A program made the translations under genes and the position numbers. This document shows, in pieces, positions 1 through 8,072 of a stretch of DNA of 15,416 nt. The stretch comes from Pseudomonadota bacterium (GTDB lineage Bacteria; Bdellovibrionota_B; Oligoflexia; Oligoflexales; RGVZ01), in assembly GCA_041178085.1 (NCBI GenBank), contig JBEGVZ010000028.1:1-15416 (forward strand), read 5' to 3'. How positions within the stretch are numbered: the first letter of the stretch is position 1; each line of letters opens with the position of its first letter. Under the pieces are notes generated by a model, which saw only the letters and a program-made list of their open reading frames with translations, did no database searches and had not been told where the DNA came from.

Positions 1-80
1 ACAAAAGCAGGCAGCAACAAGATCATGGTCACCATCAGGCGACTCGTCCAGACTGGCTTGCCCGAAGTCCCCTTGATCAT
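1..80 (-). CDS. 5' end of a carbohydrate/glycerol-3-phosphate ABC transporter permease (UgpE-like); partial, runs off the window
   Basis: ATG at 80-78 overlaps the upstream permease stop (ATGA). It reads [26 protein letters not shown]..., a basic N-terminus plus hydrophobic segment. The identity comes only from its position after the first CUT1 permease. Confidence 0.6.
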   Translation of the reverse strand, partial: MIKGTSGKPVWTSRLMVTMILLLPAF

Positions 81-970
81 CGCACCCCCGTTGCCTGTTC
101 CATCTTGCGTCCAATCACAAACTGGAACACCGTCACGCCGCCGATGATCAAAAACAACATCACCGCCTCTGCCGCAGCAAGGCCCAGGCGGGCATTCTCG
201 AACCCATCCCGGAACAACTGGTACACCAGCACACTCGTGGATCCCGCCGGTCCGCCGCGAGTCAATATATGAATCTGGCCAAAGCTCTCGAATGCATGGA
301 TGGCCGTAACAACCATGACAAAGAACAAAGCTGGGCTGATGACAGGAAGTGTGACGTGAAAGAAACGCCGGAAGGCGTTGGCACCGTCGATCCAGGCAGC
401 TTCTTTCAATTCGACCGGTACCTGTGCCAGAGCGGCCAAAAGGAAGATGATGTTGAAGCCAATTTCTTTCCAGACAGTTGCGATACTGACCGCAACCGGT
501 GCCCAATTGGGATCGGTCAGCCATGCCGGACCACTGACACCGGCTAGCGACAGCAGGTAATTCAGGTAACCGACCGATGGATTAAAAAGAAAAATCCACA
601 GCATCGCCGCCATCGCAGGCGAAATTCCGACAGGGAGCAGGAAGATGGTCCGCATCACCGACCGGAACCACGGAGTGGCATCCAGGAAAACGGCAATCAA
701 AAGACTGCCAACAACGGAAGCGGGCACCGTGTAAAGCACGAATCGCAGCGTTGCAACCAGGCTCGCGCGGTAGTCGGGACTGTTTGCGAGTTCACGGTAC
801 TGGTCCACGCCAACGTGCACCAGGTCAAAAGAAAATGGCCGGAAGTCATGAAAGCTAAGGAAGACGGAGAATAACGCAGGGCCGACCACAAACGCCGAAA
901 GCAGCACCAGAGCGGGCGCCAGAAATGCCCAGGCCTTCAGACCCGACTCACCTTCAGCGATCCGGGTCAT
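77..970 (-). CDS. ugpA: Carbohydrate (CUT1) ABC transporter permease, UgpA-like (sn-glycerol-3-phosphate)
   Basis: About six TM segments and an EAA loop ([23 protein letters not shown]). Segments [26 protein letters not shown] and [19 protein letters not shown] resemble UgpA. ATGA overlap with the ATPase stop. Confidence 0.8.
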   Translation of the reverse strand: MTRIAEGESGLKAWAFLAPALVLLSAFVVGPALFSVFLSFHDFRPFSFDLVHVGVDQYRELANSPDYRASLVATLRFVLYTVPASVVGSLLIAVFLDATPWFRSVMRTIFLLPVGISPAMAAMLWIFLFNPSVGYLNYLLSLAGVSGPAWLTDPNWAPVAVSIATVWKEIGFNIIFLLAALAQVPVELKEAAWIDGANAFRRFFHVTLPVISPALFFVMVVTAIHAFESFGQIHILTRGGPAGSTSVLVYQLFRDGFENARLGLAAAEAVMLFLIIGGVTVFQFVIGRKMEQATGVR

Positions 971-2061
971 TTGCCTTTCCCGCCTTTACCGTATTTGGTG
1001 CCTTTACCCGACTCCACGAGTCGCACCCCGGCACCATCGAAAAACATCAATTCGCGTGCGTTGATCTTCAAAAATCCTTCGTCACCCGCAACGGGTAGTT
1101 TCTCACTGCGGTACTCGCAAACGGCATCAAGCCCGGGTGCAAGTTCGCAATGGACGTGTGTGAGGGCTCCGGTGGGTTCGACCAGCTTGACGCCGGCCGT
1201 GCCTAGCAGGATCGCATCGTCGCCAGCGTCCAGGTCCCGCCGTGACTTCAAGGGGACAAAGGATGAATGCTCCGGCCGGAAACCGATCCATTCCGCGCGA
1301 TACATACCGGTGCCAGCCGGGAACGCAGACACAGGAAGAAAATTCATGGAGGGTGAGCCAATGAAAGATGCAACAAAACGCGACACCGGGTTCCGGTAGA
1401 GTTCCAGTGGCGCCGCAAACTGCTCCAGGCGCCCTTCCCGCATCACGGCAATGCGGTCAGCAAGGGTCATGGCCTCGGTCTGGTCGTGGGTCACATAAAC
1501 CACAGTCGAATTCAGGCGACGATGCAACGCAGCAATTTCGGCCCGCATCTGGACGCGAAGTTGGGCATCCAGGTTGGATAACGGCTCGTCAAAAAGAAAG
1601 ATGGCCGGTTGCCGCACCATCGCACGCCCCATGGCCACACGCTGTTTCTGGCCGCCACTAAGCTGATGCGGCTTCCGGTCAAGCAAATCCGCAAGCTGCA
1701 GGATTTTTGCAGCATCAGTCACACGCCGCCGTATCTCATCCTCAGGAATGTGCGCCAACTTCATTCCGAAGGATATGTTGTCGCGCACTGTCATATGGGG
1801 ATAAAGGGCGTAATTCTGGAACACCATGGATACGCCGCGGGCCTTGGGGCTGAGCTTCCGAACGGAACGACCGTCGATCTGGATGTCTCCGGCGCTGACC
1901 TGCTCAAGACCTGCGATCAAGCGCAGCAGTGTGCTCTTGCCACAACCCGAGGGGCCGACCACAACGACGAATTCACCTGCTTCCACGGCCAGGTCAAGTT
2001 CCTGGATAATTGTCGATCCACCGAATTTCTTGACCACTTTTTCCAGAACAAGATTCGCCAT
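967..2061 (-). CDS. ugpC: ABC transporter ATP-binding protein, UgpC/MalK family (364 aa)
   Basis: Walker [21 protein letters not shown], signature LSGGQKQR, Walker [13 protein letters not shown]-loop YVTHDQ and FIGSPSMN. Start set at ATG 2061 ([11 protein letters not shown]), preceded by GGGAG; the ORF-track extension to 2181 is unlikely to be coding. Confidence 0.9.
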   Translation of the reverse strand: MANLVLEKVVKKFGGSTIIQELDLAVEAGEFVVVVGPSGCGKSTLLRLIAGLEQVSAGDIQIDGRSVRKLSPKARGVSMVFQNYALYPHMTVRDNISFGMKLAHIPEDEIRRRVTDAAKILQLADLLDRKPHQLSGGQKQRVAMGRAMVRQPAIFLFDEPLSNLDAQLRVQMRAEIAALHRRLNSTVVYVTHDQTEAMTLADRIAVMREGRLEQFAAPLELYRNPVSRFVASFIGSPSMNFLPVSAFPAGTGMYRAEWIGFRPEHSSFVPLKSRRDLDAGDDAILLGTAGVKLVEPTGALTHVHCELAPGLDAVCEYRSEKLPVAGDEGFLKINARELMFFDGAGVRLVESGKGTKYGKGGKGK

Positions 2062-2097
2062 GGAACTCCCGCAACGTCGTCTAACTGCAAACATCCC

Positions 2098-2142
2098 TAA
2101 AACGCAGGGCCTTCCCAAGTATGCCACCTGGGAAGGCCCCTG
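2098..2142 (-). terminator. Stem-loop, possible intrinsic terminator or attenuator between the regulator gene and ugpC
   Basis: Perfect 11-bp inverted repeat GGGCCTTCCCA (2107-2117) / TGGGAAGGCCC (2129-2139), extendable with a bulge. Only a short CGTTTTA tail follows on the minus strand. Confidence 0.45.
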
Positions 2143-2205
2143 ATCAAACAAACCCCTGGGCCACTGAGTCACGCAACCCAAAAGGAGAAATCACCCGAAA
2201 GACAG

Positions 2206-3126
2206 TCAGCCCGCCTGCGGCAGCTCATGGCCTTGGGAGGTCGCACCTGCACCCATACCGGACATGCTGCCAGTCGCCTGATCCAAGCCCGTTCCACGGC
2301 GTCCCGCCTTGACGACTTCCTGGATCTGGAACCCGATCAACGCCTTGGGTGCCCAGAACAGAGCCGCGAGCTCAGCAACAAGGTTCCGACGGACATCGAG
2401 GCGCGCCATTTCATGCTGTAGCAACGCCCTGGGCGCCATCAAGTTGGCGGCAAAAACAAGTTGCTCAAAGGCCAGCGTGCGCGGGTCAGCCTCTCCAAGC
2501 TCAGGGAAACGGGCTCTTTCGCTGTCCAGAATGATCCGGGCAAGGTCACGAGCCACACTCATGCGCGTTTGCGCCTTGAGCTCGCCTTTACGGAACTGGA
2601 TGCAGTAATACCCCGGCTTGGTGCGCAGAACCCGGCTAAGACGGTCCACCATCTCTACTGGCTGGGTCGACACGAAAGAGAAAAAGCGCAAAACCTCTGG
2701 CAAGTAGAGGGGCGGCGTGGAGAACTCAGCCTGCGCGTGGAGCTGGGCCACGAAGGCTTCAATGCGGTTCCGCGCGGCGTCGATCGCTGCAGCGCCGGCC
2801 GGGGCACATGCCGAGACAGCATCACGGATCGCGAGGCCCTCAGAGTATTCGAAGTATGCCTCATCCAGGCCACTTGCACCGCTGGCCAGGTCATGCAGGA
2901 TGGCCTGTTCGACGCGCAAGGACTCAGCCAGCTTCGCAAGGGCGAAGACCGACTTGACGTTTTTCTCACCACGCTTCCAGTGACTGCAATCGGAAGGATT
3001 GAAGTCCAGGATGTGGCCGACTTCCTGGTCGTTGATCTTGCTGCTGCGCTGTTGACCCATCACTTTCAAGCAGAACTTGAACAGCTGGACGGAATTAGGG
3101 AACTTTGCCGATGCCGCGCGTTTCAT
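2206..3126 (-). CDS. XRE-type HTH regulator fused to an ImmA/IrrE (peptidase M78)-like domain lacking the catalytic motif
   Basis: N-terminal HTH-like segment DQEVGHILDFNPSDCSHWKRGEKN. C-terminal TRMSVARDLARIIL...FEQLVFAANLMAP...ELAALF follows the RFTxAHELGH...ExxANxFAAxLLMP...LAxxF pattern. Strong SD GAGGAGG upstream. Confidence 0.7.
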   Translation of the reverse strand: MKRAASAKFPNSVQLFKFCLKVMGQQRSSKINDQEVGHILDFNPSDCSHWKRGEKNVKSVFALAKLAESLRVEQAILHDLASGASGLDEAYFEYSEGLAIRDAVSACAPAGAAAIDAARNRIEAFVAQLHAQAEFSTPPLYLPEVLRFFSFVSTQPVEMVDRLSRVLRTKPGYYCIQFRKGELKAQTRMSVARDLARIILDSERARFPELGEADPRTLAFEQLVFAANLMAPRALLQHEMARLDVRRNLVAELAALFWAPKALIGFQIQEVVKAGRRGTGLDQATGSMSGMGAGATSQGHELPQAG

Positions 3127-3230
3127 CGCCCCTCCTCGACCGGACCTCGCAGTGACACGAAAGCACTGAGTCCGCTGTGAATCTTGCGACCGAGCCGTGA
3201 ATTTTTACTTGAATGTCTGGCTTACTTTCG

Positions 3231-3260
3231 ATGATACCCATCCGCAATTTGCAAAGTCAA
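3231..3260 (-). promoter_or_regulatory. Putative sigma-70 promoter for the XRE/ImmA-like gene
   Basis: The minus strand reads TTGACT-N18-TATCAT in the intergenic region, about 105 nt upstream of the ATG. Confidence 0.55.
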
Positions 3261-3316
3261 GGATGCCGCCGCCAAACCTTGCAGGTTCCGCGAGTTAGCG
3301 CCGTTTGCAGCGGGGA

Positions 3317-3865
3317 TCAACGACCGGGCAAAAGACAAAACACCAGGGCCTCGCCGGGGGATCGCCCCGCCAAGAGGGCCGTAACCAGGCGATAGCAACC
3401 AAACAAGACGCCAAAGCCGGAGAGAAGGGCCCACCATGGCGCATTCCCTGCCACGGCTGCGACGTGGATTGAATGGCGCAGCCAAGACAACCCCGAAACA
3501 AGGTCCAGCAGAGAACCTGCAGAAACAGGCATGTCCTCGCCCAACGCCAGGAACACCCCGGCTGAAAGTACGGCAAACAGTAGTACGGCAAGGCAAAGAA
3601 TCACATCACACCAGAGTGCAAAGAAACGTTGCCATCCCCTGAGCCGGAAAGGATCCATTCCAGCCGGGCGGGATTGCGACGCGGGCTGCAACGGCGCAGG
3701 AGCAACCTGCACTCTCTGTTTTCTCGCATTGCCCCGCGACCAGAAGCCAGGCGCGTTGCGAACCTGATGGGAATTTTCCAGGCCAAGCCCGGTTCCGATC
3801 GGCTTGAAAACGAACACACCGGTCGGATTGATGCTGGCACGGTCTGCATGGGATCGCGGTTTCAT
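3317..3865 (-). CDS. RDD-like membrane protein (short)
   Basis: WQRFFALWCDVILCLAVLL resembles the RDD first helix. A second TM segment is followed by GRSPGE (cf. GxTPGK). SD GGGGAG lies 6 nt upstream of the ATG. Confidence 0.55.
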   Translation of the reverse strand: MKPRSHADRASINPTGVFVFKPIGTGLGLENSHQVRNAPGFWSRGNARKQRVQVAPAPLQPASQSRPAGMDPFRLRGWQRFFALWCDVILCLAVLLFAVLSAGVFLALGEDMPVSAGSLLDLVSGLSWLRHSIHVAAVAGNAPWWALLSGFGVLFGCYRLVTALLAGRSPGEALVFCLLPGR

Positions 3866-3921
3866 GGCAGTCTCCCCGAAGCTGGAAAAAGCACGTCAAG
3901 GCGGCCAATCCAGCTTCAAGT

Positions 3922-5586
3922 CTAACTGCGTGCAGACGCCCCCGCGAGCGGCAGATTGTGCAGTGCAACAAGAGCCGGGCAAGGTTTGCCGCCTGTCTCG
4001 CGTGATGGCCACGCAGAAGTGAACGTCAATTTCCCGTCCACGACCTTGGAACCTTCGCCAGGATGCTGAACCGAAAGGAAAAGGGTGCGCTGATCACTGG
4101 AAAAACAAGGTCCAGTTAATTCAGAGTCGATTGGACCAGAGGCAAGCCTGATGGCGCGTCCGGCATCGGGCCCAGATGACGGGACCAGGAAAAGGCTGTT
4201 ATTGCCGAACCCCTGATACTCGCCCCGGTTGAGCTTTCCGTAAGAAACATCTGTCGTGAACAGCAAATCGCCCCCGCGGGCAAAGGCCAGGTTGTCCGGA
4301 CAAGAAAAGCCACTTTCCTGGCCTCCCGCCAGGAAGGTCGACGAATTGAACTCGAGTGCAAGCGGATTCCCGTCCGCCTCGTCAATACGCAGCAGCGAAC
4401 CGTGCTGGTTGCCGCGGTCCGGATTGTTGGTCAACGCAACAAACACGGAGCGGGTCAATGGATGGATCTCCACGTCTTCAGGCCGGTCCATCGCTGTTGC
4501 GCCAGCTTCAAGGCCAGCGTCACGTGCATGCAACAGAACATCAAGCTGATCCTTGAAGCGCTTGCGCAAAAGAGGATTCTTTGACCACGACAGCTCGATC
4601 CAGCGCCCCTTTCCGACATCGGCCGCATACAAGGTGCCGCGCGTCAAATCGCGAGGCTTGTCAGATACGAACTTGAAAATGCATCCACCACGAAAGTCGT
4701 CACCAGAATAGACAACCGCGCGACCATCCTTCGCAAGCGTGACGGTCGCACCCTCACGCGACGCACGGCCCATGGCAACAAGTTTCTGTGCGCGTCCAGT
4801 CCGCGGATTGATCTCGACCACCCAACCATAGTGCCAGGGATGCATTTTTGCGTGTTCCGTCCAGCCGTGATGGTGGTCTGGCATCTTGACCTGCTTCTCC
4901 CAGCTTGGTCCGCCCGGCCCCTTCAACTCACCATAAAATTCCTGATAGTTTTCCTCACAGGTAAGCGCCGTCCCCCAGGGAGTCACACCACCGGCACAAT
5001 TGGCGAGGGTGCCTGTGGCTACTGAAGCGCCAGCAATGGACACGCCGCGCGCAAAGGGAATCTTCGTCAATCCGGAGATTCGCCGATTTAAAGCGTGATT
5101 GCCCCCGAACCGCCACTCCCCGGTTTTCGAATCGCGCAAAATCCGGATGATGGACCCGCCGACGGCCAGTTGTTCTTCGCGCACCTGCTCTGCGGTCTTT
5201 GGCGTGCCGCCCAGCAAAACGCCAGGGTTCCCGTGCATCAACCCACCTTGAGGCGACTCGTGGTTGACCCACAGCAAGGCTTCGTCCTTGTGCAACGGGA
5301 AGAAGGCGATGAAGTCGTTATTGAAACCAAACCGTTCGCCCGCGGCGTTGATGACGTCGCCATAACGAATCAGGATGCTGCTGCGAATACCATCAGCAAG
5401 AACCAGGTCATCGACGGTGGACGCCGGCAAAGATTTGATGGTTGAGCGAGGCGTGGCAGGTTCCAGGGGCGGTGTTTCCCCCAAAGAAGGTGCGGAAAAA
5501 CCGATTGCAGGAGTCGCCAGGGCGGCCGCAGAACCACCCAAAAACGACAGGAATTCTCGCCTGGAAAAATCAAATTGGTTGTTCAT
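3922..5586 (-). CDS. phoX: PhoX-family alkaline phosphatase (DUF839), Tat-exported
   Basis: Tat motif SRREFL. PhoX motifs GFNNDF, WVNHE, NCAGGVTPWGTALTCEEN, YGWVVE, GDD, MDRPED, PDN, ELTGP and QHPGE are all present. Confidence 0.92.
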   Translation of the reverse strand: MNNQFDFSRREFLSFLGGSAAALATPAIGFSAPSLGETPPLEPATPRSTIKSLPASTVDDLVLADGIRSSILIRYGDVINAAGERFGFNNDFIAFFPLHKDEALLWVNHESPQGGLMHGNPGVLLGGTPKTAEQVREEQLAVGGSIIRILRDSKTGEWRFGGNHALNRRISGLTKIPFARGVSIAGASVATGTLANCAGGVTPWGTALTCEENYQEFYGELKGPGGPSWEKQVKMPDHHHGWTEHAKMHPWHYGWVVEINPRTGRAQKLVAMGRASREGATVTLAKDGRAVVYSGDDFRGGCIFKFVSDKPRDLTRGTLYAADVGKGRWIELSWSKNPLLRKRFKDQLDVLLHARDAGLEAGATAMDRPEDVEIHPLTRSVFVALTNNPDRGNQHGSLLRIDEADGNPLALEFNSSTFLAGGQESGFSCPDNLAFARGGDLLFTTDVSYGKLNRGEYQGFGNNSLFLVPSSGPDAGRAIRLASGPIDSELTGPCFSSDQRTLFLSVQHPGEGSKVVDGKLTFTSAWPSRETGGKPCPALVALHNLPLAGASARS

Positions 5587-5604
5587 GGAGGGAGCTTGCC
5601 CGAA

Positions 5605-5988
5605 TCAGGAGACGCGTGCAACGCTCTCCGCAGCCGGAACTGATTTTTTATGCGTCACAATCGATTCCTCTGCCGCACGCTCGAATACCTGCAGGGCTTC
5701 GCGCCTGACCTGACTTGAAACGGGCGCCTTTGACTTCTGGCTTTCCACTGCTGCCGGAAGGATGGTCTCCACAAACTTCGCGATGGTCTTGACCGTGGTC
5801 TCAAATTCAGGCTCGGGCAGCTGCATCAGTTTCTCGCGCAAGTTAAGTATCTGGCCAGCCTTGCGGGACAGCATGCCCCGGTCAATGCGGTCCTGGCTCA
5901 GGGAGTCGAAATAGAAGCCAAGGTTCTGCAAGGAGTATGGAGCCTCCTGCGTTTTCTTATTTTTTTCTTGAACCGGAATCATCGCCAC
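5605..5988 (-). CDS. Hypothetical protein (about 127 aa, helical, cytoplasmic)
   Basis: The ORF fills the gap and ends 18 nt before phoX. SD AGGGAG (5995-6000) directly abuts ATG 5994, so GTG 5988 (6-nt spacing) or ATG 5982 is the more likely start. No recognisable motif. Confidence 0.6.
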   Translation of the reverse strand: MAMIPVQEKNKKTQEAPYSLQNLGFYFDSLSQDRIDRGMLSRKAGQILNLREKLMQLPEPEFETTVKTIAKFVETILPAAVESQKSKAPVSSQVRREALQVFERAAEESIVTHKKSVPAAESVARVS

Positions 5989-6011
5989 CCACATCTCCCT
6001 GGATGAAGGTG

Positions 6012-6051
6012 GTTTCGGCCGGGAGGCCGCCGGATTAAGTAGGAATTAAGT
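6012..6051 (-). promoter_or_regulatory. Candidate promoter/operator upstream of the hypothetical-phoX unit
   Basis: Minus-strand TTAA-N15-GCCGAAAC (6038-6012) resembles a sigma-28 promoter. It overlaps an 11-bp-period direct repeat, ATTAAGT at 6034 and 6045. Confidence 0.35.
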
Positions 6052-6101
6052 GCCTGCACCCGCAGTGAGCTTAAAACTGCATTCGTTACAGGTGGTTAAG
6101 G

Positions 6102-6812
6102 CTACTCAATGGCAAATAGAGCCTGCTTGCCCTGATTCTCTGCCTCGCTCAGGATCGGGTAAGGGCCAAGGATGGTGACGAGTTTGTAACCAGCATCCCG
6201 GTCGAAGCGCAATTCCACATGGGGAATGAACAGGCGGATGAACCAGTTTCGCGCCTCCATGACGAACACATCTTCCTTGCCCCGCGACGCTTCCTTGTCA
6301 AACCGCAGACGAAAGGAATAAGAATCTGCTTTGGATGGAATGTACAGGGAAACCGGGACGTACTCCCCTTTTGCCAGGGTGTCACGGTTTTTAAGAATCC
6401 AACGGTCAAGCAGCTTTCCAAACGCGGCGCCACTGGTCCAAACAGTTTCCGTGACCACAGGATCTTTCTTGCCCGGCTCGCGGTTGGAGATACGGACCTT
6501 TTCACCGGCAGCCTCAACCGTGACGCGTTCGCCGGAATCGGTGTTCTCGAACAGGTAGGAACTGACTTCAAGAGTCCCTGATGCGAAGGCAGTCACATCA
6601 CGCTGCACAGCCTTGCCAGCTGCATTCTTGTACACTGTCTCCCGAACTTCGCCACCGCGACCGTCCGGCCTTGTCTCCTCGTAAGCTGAACCGAAAACCT
6701 TGCCCGACTTGGGGTCTTTGATGGCAATGACCCTTTTCTCAACAGCAAAGGCGATGGCGGAATGGGCAAGCATCGCAACGGCAACCATGACAGGACGCGA
6801 AATAATTTTCAT
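6102..6812 (-). CDS. Secreted hypothetical protein, beta-rich (236 aa)
   Basis: Sec signal MKIISRPVMVAVAMLAHSAIAFA from ATG 6812. The ORF-track extension to 7226 is the antisense shadow of the peroxiredoxin. Confidence 0.75.
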   Translation of the reverse strand: MKIISRPVMVAVAMLAHSAIAFAVEKRVIAIKDPKSGKVFGSAYEETRPDGRGGEVRETVYKNAAGKAVQRDVTAFASGTLEVSSYLFENTDSGERVTVEAAGEKVRISNREPGKKDPVVTETVWTSGAAFGKLLDRWILKNRDTLAKGEYVPVSLYIPSKADSYSFRLRFDKEASRGKEDVFVMEARNWFIRLFIPHVELRFDRDAGYKLVTILGPYPILSEAENQGKQALFAIE

Positions 6813-6875
6813 GGACTGCACCCCAATAAATATCTGAATATGATGCCACACCAATCGATTCACGGGGGAAAGAAA

Positions 6876-7436
6876 ATGAAAATTCAATCCGGCAGTATAT
6901 CCATCAATGCCATGGGCGCCTTCATCGGACTGGTCATGATTTTCCTCTCCGCAAACACTGCCCTGGCAGCCAATGCGTTGAAGGTCGGAGACAAGGCCCC
7001 GGATTTTTCCCTCATGGACCAGGACGGCACAGCGGTAAAACTGGCGGATCGCAAGGGCAAGGGGTGGACGGTGCTTTACTTCTACCCCAAGGCGGACACC
7101 CCGGGATGCACCAAACAGGCCTGCGCCTTCCGCGATTCCATAAAGGTTATCCGCGGCAAGAACGCAGAGATCTACGGTGTTTCGGTCAACACCGTGGCAG
7201 AACAGAAAAAATTTCATGACAAGCACAACATCAACTTCCCACTGCTTTGTGACGAGAAATCAGAAATCGCCGAAAAATACGGAGTAAAAATGCCGGTCAT
7301 CGGCATCGCCAAACGATGGACCTTTGTCATCGACCCTGACCTGACAATCCGGAACATTGACAAGGACGTGGATCCCGCGATGGACGCACGAAAAACGGCG
7401 AAGCTTCTTGAAACACTTCAAGGAAAACCAAAGTGA
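6876..7436 (+). CDS. bcp: Peroxiredoxin, BCP/PrxQ subfamily, with an N-terminal signal peptide
   Basis: LKVGDKAPDF, active site YFYPKADTPGCTKQAC (PxxxTxxC plus resolving Cys), GVS and RWTFVID. Hydrophobic leader ending in ALA. Start ATG 6876 follows GGGGG. Confidence 0.9.
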   Translation: MKIQSGSISINAMGAFIGLVMIFLSANTALAANALKVGDKAPDFSLMDQDGTAVKLADRKGKGWTVLYFYPKADTPGCTKQACAFRDSIKVIRGKNAEIYGVSVNTVAEQKKFHDKHNINFPLLCDEKSEIAEKYGVKMPVIGIAKRWTFVIDPDLTIRNIDKDVDPAMDARKTAKLLETLQGKPK

Positions 7437-8062
7437 ACCCACTGGCGGCAGATTTCTGGGACGAGAAATTCCGCCGTTTCCCCGACGAGTATGGAATCGA
7501 ACCCAACGACTTCCTGCGGCTGGCGGCAGCCCAGCTGCCGCGGGGATCGAGCGTGCTGTCACTAGGTGAAGGTGAAGGACGCAATGCATTGCACCTGCTC
7601 AAGTCGGGGCACAGTGTCACGTGTGTTGATTTCTCAGCCGTCGCCCGGGAGCGCGCTCTTGGCTATTTTGAATCTGCAAGGCAGCGTGGCCAGATCCCCG
7701 CTGCCTGTAAATGGGAATATCTAGTCCTGGATCTTGAGCGCGAATTGCCTGCCGGCCATTGGGATGGCGTCGTTGCCATCTGGTGTCACCTCCCACCGGT
7801 GGCGCGAGAAAAGGTGCACCGCTCGCTACCCGTTTGGCTGCGCAAGGGCGGGATTTACATTGCAGAGAACTATGCACCAGACCAGCTCAAGTTCAAGACG
7901 GGCGGACCACCAGAAATTGAACTGTTGCATGACCCTCAAATCCTGCGACAGGAGATTCCGATTTCCTGCGAGATTTTTCAGAAAGCAGAACGGATGATCA
8001 ACGAGGGCTCGCGCCATCAGGGTATGAGCGCCACTCTGCAAATCGTCGCACGGAACACCTGA
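7433..8062 (+). CDS. Class I SAM-dependent methyltransferase (TehB-like)
   Basis: FWDEKF, YGIEPNDFL, motif I VLSLGEGEGRNA, VDFS and TGGP. GTGA overlap with the bcp stop. Confidence 0.88.
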   Translation: MNPLAADFWDEKFRRFPDEYGIEPNDFLRLAAAQLPRGSSVLSLGEGEGRNALHLLKSGHSVTCVDFSAVARERALGYFESARQRGQIPAACKWEYLVLDLERELPAGHWDGVVAIWCHLPPVAREKVHRSLPVWLRKGGIYIAENYAPDQLKFKTGGPPEIELLHDPQILRQEIPISCEIFQKAERMINEGSRHQGMSATLQIVARNT

Positions 8063-8072
8063 GGAATCGTCT

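Noticed and set aside
2461..3180. 239-aa plus-strand ORF, and similar antisense ORFs such as 1609..2100, 8369..8800 and 8837..9271
   Set aside because: These are shadows opposite well-supported genes, carry no motifs, and are expected in GC-rich coding DNA.
4750..4773. PhoX GRASRE in place of the usual GRFxHE, suggesting inactivation
   Set aside because: The Glu and all other recognisable metal-ligand motifs are retained.
6035..6049. TTAA-N7-TTAA as a CtrA box
   Set aside because: CtrA is alphaproteobacterial and nothing here points to that lineage. It is kept only as a generic OmpR/PhoB-type repeat.
6813..7226. N-terminal extension making a 374-aa minus ORF that overlaps bcp; also the extensions of bcp to 6762, blc to 11897 and ugpC to 2181
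   Set aside because: Signal peptides, family N-termini and SD positions indicate the shorter starts, so there is no real long overlap.
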